DNA of 64,000 nucleotides from Myxococcales bacterium (GTDB lineage Bacteria > Myxococcota_A > UBA9042 > JABWCM01 > BTVJ01), in NCBI GenBank assembly GCA_045863395.1, contig BTVJ01000007.1, positions 96,001 through 160,000 on the forward strand, in the 5' to 3' direction. Position 1 is the first letter of the stretch, and each line of letters starts with the position of its first letter. Positions 1 through 9,178 of this stretch are shown piece by piece. The position numbers were made by a program, and so were the translations under genes. Under the pieces are notes generated by a model that had not been told where the DNA came from, did no database searches, and saw only the letters and a list, made by a program, of their open reading frames with translations.

Positions 1-1295
1 TCCTTGACCCCGACCGTGAAGGTCATGCCGAACTTGCGCGAGACGTTCTCCTTCGGGTCGGCGTAGATCGCCGCGAGGTCCGCCGTGAAGGCGAAGCCGA
101 CCCGGCCGTCGAGCAGCGGCCAGACCGCGCCGGGGACGTCGACGCCGACTCCCTTCAGCTCACCGAAGACCTGGTCCAGGTCCTCGCCGTCGGCGCGGGC
201 GAAGAGCCGCACGACCTCCATGGCGACCGCCGGGTCCACGGTGCCCGCCGCGGCGAACATGGGCCGGTCCGCGAGGGACCTCAGCACGGCAGGCGCGCCC
301 TTGGCGCCCTTGAGGCCCCGCGCCAGCAGGGTGCCCTCCTTGAGGCGCCCCCACGCCTTGAGGTTCAGCGCCGGGCCTTCCACCTCCAGGCCCAGGGCGA
401 GTCCGTCGAACCCCCCGACGAGCTGGCGGAGGAGCTCCAGCTCCGCCTGCTGGCGCTTCGACCAGCGCTCGTTCTCCGCGTCCATCCTGGCCTTGTGCTC
501 CTTCGCCCAGGCGTCGTCCGAGGGCATCTCCACGGGCTTCTCGCCCCGGTCTGCCAGGTCGGCCTCGACCGCCGCCACGAGGGCCTGGGTGTCCACCCAG
601 ACGGTCGCGTCGCGCCCGAAGGCGAGACCGGACAGGGCCCCCTTGAAGCGGTCGCTGGCCAGCAGGGAGCCGTCTCGCCTCTGCGTGGCGACCCGTCTGG
701 CGTGGCGCATGCCCTCCTCGCCGCCCCGGTCGCTGATCACCAGGAAGGCGGAGTCGGGGGCGACCACGAGCACGGCCTCCGGGTCGCGTTCGGCGTAGAC
801 GAGCGTGACGTCCCCCTCCTTCTGCTCGATGGGCTCGCCGCCGCCGGCGCGGGCCATGAGCCCCTTCACGAAGGTGATCAGCTTCTGGGGCTCCTTGAGG
901 GTGAAGAAGACCGCGATGGCCTCATCCCTCGCGTGGAGCCACGCGAAGCCGAACGGAGCGTCGGGGTCGACACCGAAGCCGGCCCACGCCGCCGGATCGA
1001 GCAGGTCGTGGCCCGAGAACAATGTGATGGCGGCCGCCGCCTTCGCGTAGGTCAGCCCGAGGGCATCGGTGACCTTCGTGCGGCCGAGCTTCTCTGCCAG
1101 GTCCTTTGGGGAGGCGCCCAGGACAACCGCCAGCGCGTCCGCCGGGATGCGCGCGAGCACCGCCGCGTCGCTTGCGGCGGGCTTGGAAGCGGCGAGGCCC
1201 TGAGCTTGGGCCGGGGGCTGCGGTGTCGGCGTGTCCTTCTTGCAGGACCAAATCCCCAGCGCCAGGACGCAAGCGAGCGCGATTCGTACGAGCAC
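1..1295 (-). CDS. Lipoprotein of unknown function (possibly DUF3352-like); 3' end runs off the window
   Basis: Absent from the ORF track because there is no stop in the window. GTG at 1295 follows GGAGG and reads MLVRIALACVLALGIWSC|KKDTPTPQP (lipobox); the frame is open to position 1. The + strand ORFs here are its antisense shadows. Confidence 0.75.
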   Translation of the reverse strand, partial: MLVRIALACVLALGIWSCKKDTPTPQPPAQAQGLAASKPAASDAAVLARIPADALAVVLGASPKDLAEKLGRTKVTDALGLTYAKAAAAITLFSGHDLLDPAAWAGFGVDPDAPFGFAWLHARDEAIAVFFTLKEPQKLITFVKGLMARAGGGEPIEQKEGDVTLVYAERDPEAVLVVAPDSAFLVISDRGGEEGMRHARRVATQRRDGSLLASDRFKGALSGLAFGRDATVWVDTQALVAAVEADLADRGEKPVEMPSDDAWAKEHKARMDAENERWSKRQQAELELLRQLVGGFDGLALGLEVEGPALNLKAWGRLKEGTLLARGLKGAKGAPAVLRSLADRPMFAAAGTVDPAVAMEVVRLFARADGEDLDQVFGELKGVGVDVPGAVWPLLDGRVGFAFTADLAAIYADPKENVSRKFGMTFTVGVK

Positions 1296-1398
1296 GGTTC
1301 ACCTCCATATATAGGGGCGGACCCTAGCACCGATGGCGAAGGGCGGCAATGGACTCGGACGGTGGCGCCATTGCGGGGCGCGGTCTATCATGGTCTCC

Positions 1399-1965
1399 AT
1401 GCGCGCAGAGATGAATGCCGACAAGGTTCACGCGGTGCTGAAGGCGCTCGGCAGGGAGGCTCGTGGGCCCGGCAGGGTCTACCTGACAGGGGGGACCACC
1501 GCCGTACTCGAGGGCTGGCGGCAGGCGACCATCGACGCAGACCTCAAGCTGGACCCGGAGCCCGCGGGGATCTTTGCCGCCATCCGCCGGGTCAAGGATG
1601 AGCTCGACGTGAACGTGGAGCTGGCGTCTCCCGACGACTTCATCCCCCCCCTCCCGGGCTGGCGGGATCGCAGCCGCTTCATCGCCCAACATGGGCCGGT
1701 GCAGTTCTTCCACTACGACCTCTATGCCCAGGCGCTGGCCAAGGTCGAGCGAGGGCACGACCGGGATCTGGCGGACGTGCGGGAGATGCTCCAGCGCGGG
1801 CTCGTCGAGGCAGGGGAGCTCCGCCGCCTGTTCGCGGAAATCGAGCCGGACCTGCTCCGCTATCCCGCAGTGGATCCGGACACCTTCCGCCGCACGCTGG
1901 GTGAGCTGCTGGCATCGACCGAAGACGGGAAAGCCGCCGCTCCCGCCGGGGGCCGCGATGAGTGA
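1399..1965 (+). CDS. DUF6036-like nucleotidyltransferase (putative toxin)
   Basis: Pol-beta NTase-type motif VYLTGGTTAVLEGWRQATIDAD, followed by AQALAKVERGHDRDLAD. Start trimmed to MRAEMNA. Confidence 0.75.
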   Translation: MRAEMNADKVHAVLKALGREARGPGRVYLTGGTTAVLEGWRQATIDADLKLDPEPAGIFAAIRRVKDELDVNVELASPDDFIPPLPGWRDRSRFIAQHGPVQFFHYDLYAQALAKVERGHDRDLADVREMLQRGLVEAGELRRLFAEIEPDLLRYPAVDPDTFRRTLGELLASTEDGKAAAPAGGRDE

Positions 1966-2257
1966 CTGGACCGGCCTTCCGGGCGCGGACCTCGTGACGG
2001 AGGGCCTGCGGGACCTGGAGGCCGGGCGGGAGTCCGTCGTGGCGCTGCTCGTGGCCGTGGCGACGACCAGGCTCCGGGGCCTCGGGGTCCCGGTGCCCGC
2101 GCACGGGTACACCGAGGCCGAGCTGTTGTTGTACCGCGCCCTGTGCCGTGAGGTCGGAGATGCTGCCTATGGGCGCTACAACTCGCTCCTGGGTCGCCTC
2201 ATCAGCTTCGTCCACGCCCTGGACCGTGAGGAGGGGCGGCTCAGGGCGGGGCGCTGA
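1958..2257 (+). CDS. Small helical protein, probable partner/antitoxin of the NTase
   Basis: MSDWTGLPGADLVTEGLRDL...AYGRYNSLLGRLISFVHALD (99 aa). Its ATG overlaps the NTase stop by 8 bp. Confidence 0.65.
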   Translation: MSDWTGLPGADLVTEGLRDLEAGRESVVALLVAVATTRLRGLGVPVPAHGYTEAELLLYRALCREVGDAAYGRYNSLLGRLISFVHALDREEGRLRAGR

Positions 2258-2293
2258 GCCGGCGGGCAGGGGACCTCGTTTTGTGCGCGCAGA

Positions 2294-2306
2294 TCTCAAT
2301 TTGAGA
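2294..2306. promoter_or_regulatory. Palindromic operator TCTCAA-T-TTGAGA (T-N11-A, LysR-box-like) upstream of the pirin gene
   Basis: Perfect 13-bp AT-rich dyad in the intergenic region, about 110 bp before the pirin ATG. Confidence 0.35.
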
Positions 2307-2414
2307 GCAGCCCGCGTCATCGGCTCGGATGGAAGTGTCTGAAATCGCTGTTGTCCATCCTGTGGCCCGGTTCCTGCTCAACCGTGAACCAGACACGGAC
2401 CCACGGAGGACGCG

Positions 2415-3209
2415 ATGACACGACGAGAGCTGCTGGGGGGATTGGGAGCGACGATGGCAGGGACGATAGGGCTCGATGCGCTGGCCCAAGGGAGTGGGGA
2501 GACCCTGGCGCCCGTGCTGGTGCGACCCGGCGCGGAGCGCGCCCGCTTCGACCACGGGTGGCTGGACACGCGCCACACCTTCTCGTTCGCGGCGTACCGC
2601 GACCCGCGCTGGATGGGGTTCCGGCAGCTCCGGGTGATCAACGATGATCGCGTCGTCCCCGGGGAGGGCTTCGGCACCCACCCGCACCGCGACATGGAGA
2701 TCTTCACGTGGGTGCTCGACGGCGGCCTGGAGCACCGGGACAGCATGGGCAACGGGTCGGTGATCCGGCCGGGCGACGCGCAGCGCATGACCGCCGGTAC
2801 GGGCATCACCCACTCCGAGTTCAACGCGTCGCAGAGCGAGGCCGTCCGGTTCCTGCAGATCTGGATCTACCCGGAGCGCGGAGGGCTGCGGCCGGGCTAT
2901 GACCAGCGGTCGTTCACTCGCGAGGAGCGGTCCGGGCGGCTGCGCCTCGTCGCCTCCCGCGACGGCAGGGACGGGAGCATCACGCTGGCCCAGGCGGCGG
3001 ACATCCACGCGACGCTGCTCGCGCCTGGGCAGGCGGTGGAGCACCGCGTCGAGGGCGGGCGTCATGCCTGGGTCCAGGTGGCGCGGGGGGAGGGGACCAT
3101 CAACGGGCGGGCGTTCGCAGAGGGCGACGGGTTCGCGTTCACGGGCCCGGGGCCCGTCCGTATCGCGGCGTCCGCGGACGTCGAGCTGCTGGTATTCGAT
3201 CTGGCCTGA
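2415..3209 (+). CDS. Pirin family protein (YhhW-like) with a putative Tat signal
   Basis: HGWLDTRHTFSF, GFGTHPHRDMEI, MTAGTGITHSEFN, LQIWI. N-terminus MTRRELLGG...ALA. Confidence 0.92.
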   Translation: MTRRELLGGLGATMAGTIGLDALAQGSGETLAPVLVRPGAERARFDHGWLDTRHTFSFAAYRDPRWMGFRQLRVINDDRVVPGEGFGTHPHRDMEIFTWVLDGGLEHRDSMGNGSVIRPGDAQRMTAGTGITHSEFNASQSEAVRFLQIWIYPERGGLRPGYDQRSFTREERSGRLRLVASRDGRDGSITLAQAADIHATLLAPGQAVEHRVEGGRHAWVQVARGEGTINGRAFAEGDGFAFTGPGPVRIAASADVELLVFDLA

Positions 3210-3228
3210 ACCAAACAGGAGGCTGACC

Positions 3229-3777
3229 ATGAAGCTGTTCGCGCTCGCCGCCTCGCTCCGCGAGGGTTCACACAACGCCCGCCTGCTCGAGCTGGCGGTC
3301 GCCCACGCCAAGGGGGCTGGCGCCACCGTGGAGATCGTTCCCTATTCGCGTCTGATCACGCCCGCCTATGACGAGGGTGCGCGGGCGGGTGGGTATCCCG
3401 AGGGGGCCGAGGAGCTCAAGCGGCTCCTGGAGGGCTCTGACGGCTTCCTCCTCGCGTCGCCCGAGTACAACTACTCGTTCCCGGGCTCCCTGAAGAACAC
3501 CATCGACTGGGTGTCGCGGTACAGGCCCGTCCCCTTCACGGGGCGTCACGCCCTGCTGCTGTCCGCATCGACGTCTCTGGTCGGCGGCAACCGGGGCCTG
3601 TGGCAGCTCCGAGTGCCCCTGGAGGCCCTCAGCACCCACGTCTACCCCGATATGTTCTCGCTGGCGAAGGCCCAGGAGGCCTTCGACGGTGGGGTGCTGC
3701 GTGACGAGGCCCTCGGGCGGCGCCTGGAGGGGCTGGTCCGGGGGTTCGTGGGGCTGGTCGGGCGGGTCCGGGGGTAG
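3229..3777 (+). CDS. NAD(P)H-dependent FMN reductase
   Basis: ASLREGSHN, SPEYNYSFPGSLKNTIDWVSR, GGNRG. AGGAGG RBS before ATG 3229. Confidence 0.92.
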   Translation: MKLFALAASLREGSHNARLLELAVAHAKGAGATVEIVPYSRLITPAYDEGARAGGYPEGAEELKRLLEGSDGFLLASPEYNYSFPGSLKNTIDWVSRYRPVPFTGRHALLLSASTSLVGGNRGLWQLRVPLEALSTHVYPDMFSLAKAQEAFDGGVLRDEALGRRLEGLVRGFVGLVGRVRG

Positions 3778-3786
3778 GTTCCCGGG

Positions 3787-4245
3787 CTACAGCGGGCGAT
3801 GCAGGCCGTCGAGGACGCGGCGGGCCCTGTGCGGGGGCAGGTTCGTCACGATGATCGCCGGGCGGCCCTCCACGGAGCGCGAGAGCGTGCGCCAGCCCGT
3901 CGGGCACCCGCGGCCATCGAGGCAGCCTGCCGGGTGCAGATCTGGGGGGATCGCGCCCGCGCCAATCCACAGGGCGGGCTCTCCCGCGGCGTCGATGCGC
4001 ACCCACCACCCCTCCTCCGGCGGCAGACTCCAGGCGATGCGGCGGGGCGGCCAACTCAAAGGCTCAGGCAGATACGACGGGACGAGGGGGAGCCCTGCCT
4101 CGGGGGGGACCTCACCGATCGTCGAGGCGGACTGCCACCCCACCGGGGGCCGGGAGCCGAGCACCAGTCGGTCCGCCGCCGCCAGGGCCGCCACCAGGCC
4201 CACCGTCCACAGGACCGCCCGCGCCGTGCGTATGGCCGGCCTCAT
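3787..4245 (-). CDS. Hypothetical membrane-anchored protein
   Basis: MRPAIRTARAVLWTVGLVAALAA...LVPSYLPEPLSWPP. ATGA overlap with the upstream peptidase gene. Confidence 0.6.
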   Translation of the reverse strand: MRPAIRTARAVLWTVGLVAALAAADRLVLGSRPPVGWQSASTIGEVPPEAGLPLVPSYLPEPLSWPPRRIAWSLPPEEGWWVRIDAAGEPALWIGAGAIPPDLHPAGCLDGRGCPTGWRTLSRSVEGRPAIIVTNLPPHRARRVLDGLHRPL

Positions 4246-5198
4246 CCGATGCTCCAGAGCAGGGCGAAGAGCACCACCACGGTGGTGACGCGCAGGCCGA
4301 CGGCCGGGTGGTGGTGCAGCGGGGCGTCGAGGAGCTGGCGCACGCGGGCCCGGGTGGACTGGAGCTCTGCGTGGCGCAGGACCTCGGCGCGGGCGCGGGC
4401 GAGCAGGCCGGGGCCGTCGGTGTCCGGGTGCGCGTGCGCCTTGATCAGCGCGGAGGCCAGCGCCGCGGGCCTCCCCGTGACCCGGGCGGCCACCTCGTCG
4501 CAGGCGCCCTCCTCGGCCTCGACGAGGGCCCGGAACAGCACGAGGGCGCCGGGGTTCGGCGCCTGGAGCGCGCGCAGCGCCCAGACGAAGAGGATCCCGA
4601 GGTTCCCGCCGCGGACCCAGTGGGCCAGCTCGTGGGCGACGGTCGCCTCGCGCTCCTTGTCGTCGAGGGTCCCGAGGAGGCCGCGCGACGCAACGACCAC
4701 GGGCGCGGTGATCCCCGTGAGCCCGGCGACGGCGTCGTCGGTCTCCAGGCGCCGCGCGTGGGGAGGCCGGCCGCGCGAGGGGACGAGGCCGCTCTGGCGC
4801 AGGCGGGAGAGGACGTCCTCGGTGACCTGGCTCAGCTCCGGGTCCTGCACCGCGTCGTGGCGCATGCGCCCGCGGCGGTGACGCCAGGCCGGGGCCGCCT
4901 CCTGGACCAGGAACAGGGCCGCCGTGCCGGCGAGGAGCGCCCCCAGGAGCCAGGGCGCGACGGGGTTCGCCGCCAGTGCCTCGGTCCACAGGTCGACCCG
5001 CAGCGTGGTCAGGGCGTCCGGCGGAGGCGGGAGGCCCAGCACGCGCAGCGTGGCGACCAGCGGCGGGAGCCCGAGGCACAGGCGCAGCACGTCGGCCCAC
5101 AGCGTCGGGGACAGGGGGCCGGCAAAGCGGCGCACGCCCACCGCCCAGGAGAGGGCCACGAAGCCGTGCAGGAGGTTCGCGACGAGCAGCGCCATCAC
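4242..5198 (-). CDS. M48/M56 (BlaR1/HtpX-like) membrane zinc metallopeptidase
   Basis: VVVASRGLL...EREATVAHELAHWVRG (HExxH), EGACDEVAA, LASALIK. Several hydrophobic helices. Confidence 0.85.
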   Translation of the reverse strand: MMALLVANLLHGFVALSWAVGVRRFAGPLSPTLWADVLRLCLGLPPLVATLRVLGLPPPPDALTTLRVDLWTEALAANPVAPWLLGALLAGTAALFLVQEAAPAWRHRRGRMRHDAVQDPELSQVTEDVLSRLRQSGLVPSRGRPPHARRLETDDAVAGLTGITAPVVVASRGLLGTLDDKEREATVAHELAHWVRGGNLGILFVWALRALQAPNPGALVLFRALVEAEEGACDEVAARVTGRPAALASALIKAHAHPDTDGPGLLARARAEVLRHAELQSTRARVRQLLDAPLHHHPAVGLRVTTVVVLFALLWSIG

Positions 5199-5367
5199 CT
5201 GTGAGGGTGTAGAGCGTCGGCGGGGCCGTGTCTAGGCACTTTTACCAACCCGCGCTGGGGCATCGTCCCGATTTCGGGCCCCCCTCGGGCGGACGATACT
5301 GTGCGTGGAAGGGGGAGATGAGCGGATGAGACGACACATGCTGAAGCGGAAGCGAACGGAGGTCACC

Positions 5368-5787
5368 ATGAAGTTCCAGTCGACGCAGCCTGCTCCTTAC
5401 GGCCTCTACATCTCCACCCGACCGCTCGACGTGCGGTTCGTGGGCGCCGACGGGGAGTCCCTCGACGGGCTCCCCGGCGCCGCCTACAGCCGCGTCCCCA
5501 CCCTGCTGGCGGTCCTGCTGGCGCCGGTGCTCGGAGGGGCCTTCGTCATCGCGTTCCCGATCCTCGTGATCGTGGCGGCGGTGGTGGGCCTGCTGCGGGT
5601 CACCTTCGGCGGCATCCGGAAGGCGGCGGGGGACAACGCCTGGCTCGCCAGCTCGCGCTGGGAGCCGTCCACGTCGTACCTGAGCAAGAACGAGAAGAAG
5701 GAGGGCGCGGACGTGCCGCCCGAGCTCGCGGACCTGGCGAGCGAGGTGGATGACAAGCGCGCCGAGGAAGACTCGACGAGGTCCTGA
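5368..5787 (+). CDS. Hypothetical membrane protein, first gene of the cytochrome operon
   Basis: GGAGG RBS before ATG 5368. Central hydrophobic hairpin (LLAVLLAPVLGGAFVIAFPILVIV). Confidence 0.7.
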   Translation: MKFQSTQPAPYGLYISTRPLDVRFVGADGESLDGLPGAAYSRVPTLLAVLLAPVLGGAFVIAFPILVIVAAVVGLLRVTFGGIRKAAGDNAWLASSRWEPSTSYLSKNEKKEGADVPPELADLASEVDDKRAEEDSTRS

Positions 5788-5809
5788 GAGAGGGGCCGAA
5801 GGAGCTGCC

Positions 5810-6883
5810 ATGCGAGCCGGACAGCCTGCCATGGCTCTCGCGCTGCTCTTCGCCGTGGGGATGGGCCCCGCGGCGGGGGAGGCGAGAGCGGACGCCATCG
5901 GGGAAGCCAACCAGGGCTGCCTCGACTGCCACGAATCAGACGAGGACTCCACGCTGACCTTTGGAGACGAGTCCACCCTGGGGGTGATGGTGGACCCGGA
6001 GGTCTGGAAGAAGTCGGTCCACGGGACTGAGCTGAAGTGCACCGACTGCCACGCGGGCATCGAGGACCACCCTCACCCCGACGTGGATCTCCCGACGGCG
6101 CGGGCGTACCAGCTCGACAGGGCCGGCTCGTGCAAGAAGTGCCACTATGCGTACCACACGCGCATGCTGGACAGCATCCATTACAAGGAGCTGGAGCGCG
6201 GCAACCAGAAGGCCCCGACCTGCACCGACTGCCACGGCGCCCATGACGTCGGCGACCCGGCGGAACGCAGCTCGGTGACCGGGCGCTGCGCCAAGTGCCA
6301 CGAGGACGTGGCGACGGCGTACCAGGCGTCGGTGCATGGAAAGGCGCTGCAAGGGGAGCACGCAGCGGACGTGCCCACCTGCACGGACTGCCACGGCGCC
6401 CACGCCATCGCCGACCCGAGGGCGCCCCAGGCCCGGGTGAGCTCCTGGACGGTCTGCGGCAAGTGCCACTCCGACGAAGAGAAGATGGAGCGCCACGGCC
6501 TGTCGGCGGATGTGCTCACCACCTACCTGGACGACTTCCACGGGCGCTCCAACGCCCTCTACTCCCAGGGCGCGGGCCTGCCCGGCAAGCCCATCGCGAC
6601 CTGCGTCGACTGCCACGGGGTCCACGACATCCAGTCGTTCCGCGAAGGTGGGGCGACGGCGTCCGAGGTGCGCGAGCGCGTCATCGTCGCCTGCCGCAAG
6701 TGCCACGAGGGCGCCCCGGTGGAGTTCGCGGACGCGTGGCTCTCCCACTACCCGCCGACCTTGGAGTCGGCACCGCTGGTCTGGGCCGTGCAGTGGGGCT
6801 ACCGCATCCTGATCCCCCTGATCATGGCGGGCCTCGTGCTGCACATCCTGCTTCACCTGTGGCGCGCCCGGATGCACCGGTAG
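5810..6883 (+). CDS. Nine-heme periplasmic cytochrome c with a C-terminal membrane anchor
   Basis: Nine CxxCH motifs (CLDCH, CTDCH, CKKCH, CTDCH, CAKCH, CTDCH, CGKCH, CVDCH, CRKCH), an N-terminal signal peptide and a C-terminal TM helix. Confidence 0.92.
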   Translation: MRAGQPAMALALLFAVGMGPAAGEARADAIGEANQGCLDCHESDEDSTLTFGDESTLGVMVDPEVWKKSVHGTELKCTDCHAGIEDHPHPDVDLPTARAYQLDRAGSCKKCHYAYHTRMLDSIHYKELERGNQKAPTCTDCHGAHDVGDPAERSSVTGRCAKCHEDVATAYQASVHGKALQGEHAADVPTCTDCHGAHAIADPRAPQARVSSWTVCGKCHSDEEKMERHGLSADVLTTYLDDFHGRSNALYSQGAGLPGKPIATCVDCHGVHDIQSFREGGATASEVRERVIVACRKCHEGAPVEFADAWLSHYPPTLESAPLVWAVQWGYRILIPLIMAGLVLHILLHLWRARMHR

Positions 6884-6892
6884 GAGGTCGTC

Positions 6893-7705
6893 ATGACACG
6901 CATCATCGAGAAGAACGGCACGGTCCTGGTCGAGCGATTCTCACCCATGCGCCGCGCAGAGCACATTCTCGTCCTGGTGACCTTCATCGCCCTGGTGGTC
7001 ACGGGCCTGCCGCAGAAGTTCGACGGGTCGTTCTCCACGTGGCTGCTCGGGGTCATGGGCGGCCTGGACAACGCGCGGCTCATCCACCGGGTCTTTGGCA
7101 TCGTGTTCTCCGTACACGCGGCGGTTCACATCGTCGGCTTCATCATGGGCGTGCTGCTCGGCAGGATGCGGCTCACCTTGCTCCCGACCCTCCAGGACCT
7201 GCGCGACGCCCGCGAGAACCTGTTGTATTACCTGGGGCTGCGCAAGAAGGCCCCGGAGCTCCCCAAGTTCGACTACCGCCAGAAGTTCGAGTACATCGGC
7301 ATGGTCCTGGGTGGGCTCGTGATGGTGGCGAGCGGCCTCATCCTCCTGTTTCCTCAGCTCGCGTCGGGCTTCATGCCAGGCCAGTTCATCCCGGCGGCCA
7401 AGGTGGCCCACTCCAACGAGGCGATGCTGGCGCTCCTGGTCCTCATCGTCTGGCACGTCTACGGGAGCCACCTGTCGCCGGAGGTGTTCCCCATGGACAC
7501 CAGCGTCTTCACCGGCTTCATGACCAAGGAGGAGCTCCGCGAGCGCCACGCCCTCGAGTTTCGGCGGCTGTTCCCCGGGGAGCCCGTCGAGCACGAGCAT
7601 GGGAGCGGCGAGGTGGAGGTGGAGGGGGAGGCGGAGAAGGTGCCGGCGCCACACAGAGCCGCTGGGGAGTTGGGGAAGGTAGGGAAGGTGGAGTCGGGGG
7701 TGTGA
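6893..7705 (+). CDS. Cytochrome b, FdnI/HydC-type di-heme membrane subunit
   Basis: RFSPMRRAEH, VTGLP, LIHRVFG, KFDYRQKFEY, AHSNEA, WHVY. Four TM helices with His ligands. Confidence 0.88.
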   Translation: MTRIIEKNGTVLVERFSPMRRAEHILVLVTFIALVVTGLPQKFDGSFSTWLLGVMGGLDNARLIHRVFGIVFSVHAAVHIVGFIMGVLLGRMRLTLLPTLQDLRDARENLLYYLGLRKKAPELPKFDYRQKFEYIGMVLGGLVMVASGLILLFPQLASGFMPGQFIPAAKVAHSNEAMLALLVLIVWHVYGSHLSPEVFPMDTSVFTGFMTKEELRERHALEFRRLFPGEPVEHEHGSGEVEVEGEAEKVPAPHRAAGELGKVGKVESGV

Positions 7706-7838
7706 CAGAACAACGGCCCGCGGCGAAGATCACCGTCAGTCAGTGGGTCGACGTCAATGGCACGCAAGCCGAGTGGTGGTATGCACCGGAGTCAGCAGCA
7801 TCCGGACCCCAAGTGCCAAACCTCAAATCGCCGCTGCG

Positions 7839-8171
7839 TTATTGCCCCTCGGTTGTTTGTCGTGGCGCGGCAAGCTTGTTGTTGACCCGACTGCACATGC
7901 AGTTATCGAACGAGTCTGAGTGGCACTCATAGTCAGCGGGGCAACTGATTCTCTCGCAACATCTCGCCGCGCGGCAGTAGCAGTCGTCCCCTGAGCCGTC
8001 GCACACGGGCTTGTCTCCCGAGCACGCCTTAGCTTCACAACAGTACCTGGAGGGAGGATCATCCCCACAGCCTTGCATGCACAGGCCGAGGACCAGAAGG
8101 CCGATGAAGGTAATTGCAGCTAATACGCTCCTGCAGCTCCCTTTACTCCTACCGAATTGGATCTCGCCCAT
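7839..8171 (-). CDS. Small Cys-rich lipoprotein with two 6-Cys repeats
   Basis: GGAGA RBS, ATG 8171, lipobox-like LCMQG|C. Repeats CCEAKACSGDKPVCDGSGDDCYC and CCERISCPADYECHSDSFDNCMC. Confidence 0.6.
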   Translation of the reverse strand: MGEIQFGRSKGSCRSVLAAITFIGLLVLGLCMQGCGDDPPSRYCCEAKACSGDKPVCDGSGDDCYCRAARCCERISCPADYECHSDSFDNCMCSRVNNKLAAPRQTTEGQ

Positions 8172-8257
8172 AATAGATTCTCCCGTGGCAGAGACTCGCG
8201 TCGAAATGGACGCTACACTCGGTGGGTAGTGGCCCATCCGTAAGGTTTCTGTGCGAG

Positions 8258-9178
8258 TTACTTCAAACTCCATCCCCACCAAGGTCCAGACGAGACCGTC
8301 ACTCCCACGGACAAGTGGGACGCGGCATCACCCGATTGGAGTGTAGAAGCGGGGATGTGAATGAGCATGACTGTCGGCCCAACTCGAAAGTCTACAGTAT
8401 CGGTCCTCCCGACGTAGCTGATTGCCGCCGTTGCCAGGAACAGCCCACCTCGTGGGTCGAAGCTCTCCAGCTTATTGCCAGATGTGCTGGTTCTTGAGTC
8501 GACGACCGGGTCAGGGGCCCCTCCCAGAGTAGTGGAGATGCCCAGGCCGTGTGACATGGCGTCTGGCGAGCCCCAAGAAATGTCGCCAGAGAAGCCAACG
8601 CGGAGCGTCGCTCCGGAAATATTGGTAGTGACACCAGGCATGGCGTTGGAAGCGCTGGAGAGAAAGTAACTGGATCCCACGATGCCGCCGACGGAGTAGC
8701 TCACATCCGCCCGTCGATATCTGATGCCAATGAGCGCATTGAGCCCGAAGTCCAAGCTCGGGCCCAAATCTATCTGCCCAAATGGGCCCGTTGTGGCTTC
8801 GAGAAGCCCGGGTTTCGCCACAACGGCACCGAAGTCGAAGGTAAGGCAGGGCAATACGAAGAAGACGTCCTCGTCTTGAGCATTGGTGAAAGCAGGCAGA
8901 CCCGGAGTCTCTAGACTGAGTGGGTCCAACACTCCGTCGTCGGGTCCCCCCTTAGTTCCCTGCTCCGGGTACTTGTTGCCCGGATCGACCGCGGACGCGT
9001 TCGGGGCTGCTGCATCGACGTCGGACTCTGCAGGTTCATGCAAGGCGGAACCGTCGACCGTAGCTGGCGCCACCGTTCGCGTAATGCTCCATACACTGTA
9101 ACCTGTATGTGCCAATGCTCCAGCGCCCACAAGCACTGGCGCTGCTCCGGCTGCCACCCTCAAGATCCACATGGTCAT
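8258..9178 (-). CDS. Hypothetical exported protein with a possible C-terminal outer-membrane beta-barrel
   Basis: 306-aa ORF with ATGA overlap to the upstream gene, a hydrophobic N-terminus and alternating beta-strand-like segments in the C-terminal half. Confidence 0.55.
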   Translation of the reverse strand: MTMWILRVAAGAAPVLVGAGALAHTGYSVWSITRTVAPATVDGSALHEPAESDVDAAAPNASAVDPGNKYPEQGTKGGPDDGVLDPLSLETPGLPAFTNAQDEDVFFVLPCLTFDFGAVVAKPGLLEATTGPFGQIDLGPSLDFGLNALIGIRYRRADVSYSVGGIVGSSYFLSSASNAMPGVTTNISGATLRVGFSGDISWGSPDAMSHGLGISTTLGGAPDPVVDSRTSTSGNKLESFDPRGGLFLATAAISYVGRTDTVDFRVGPTVMLIHIPASTLQSGDAASHLSVGVTVSSGPWWGWSLK

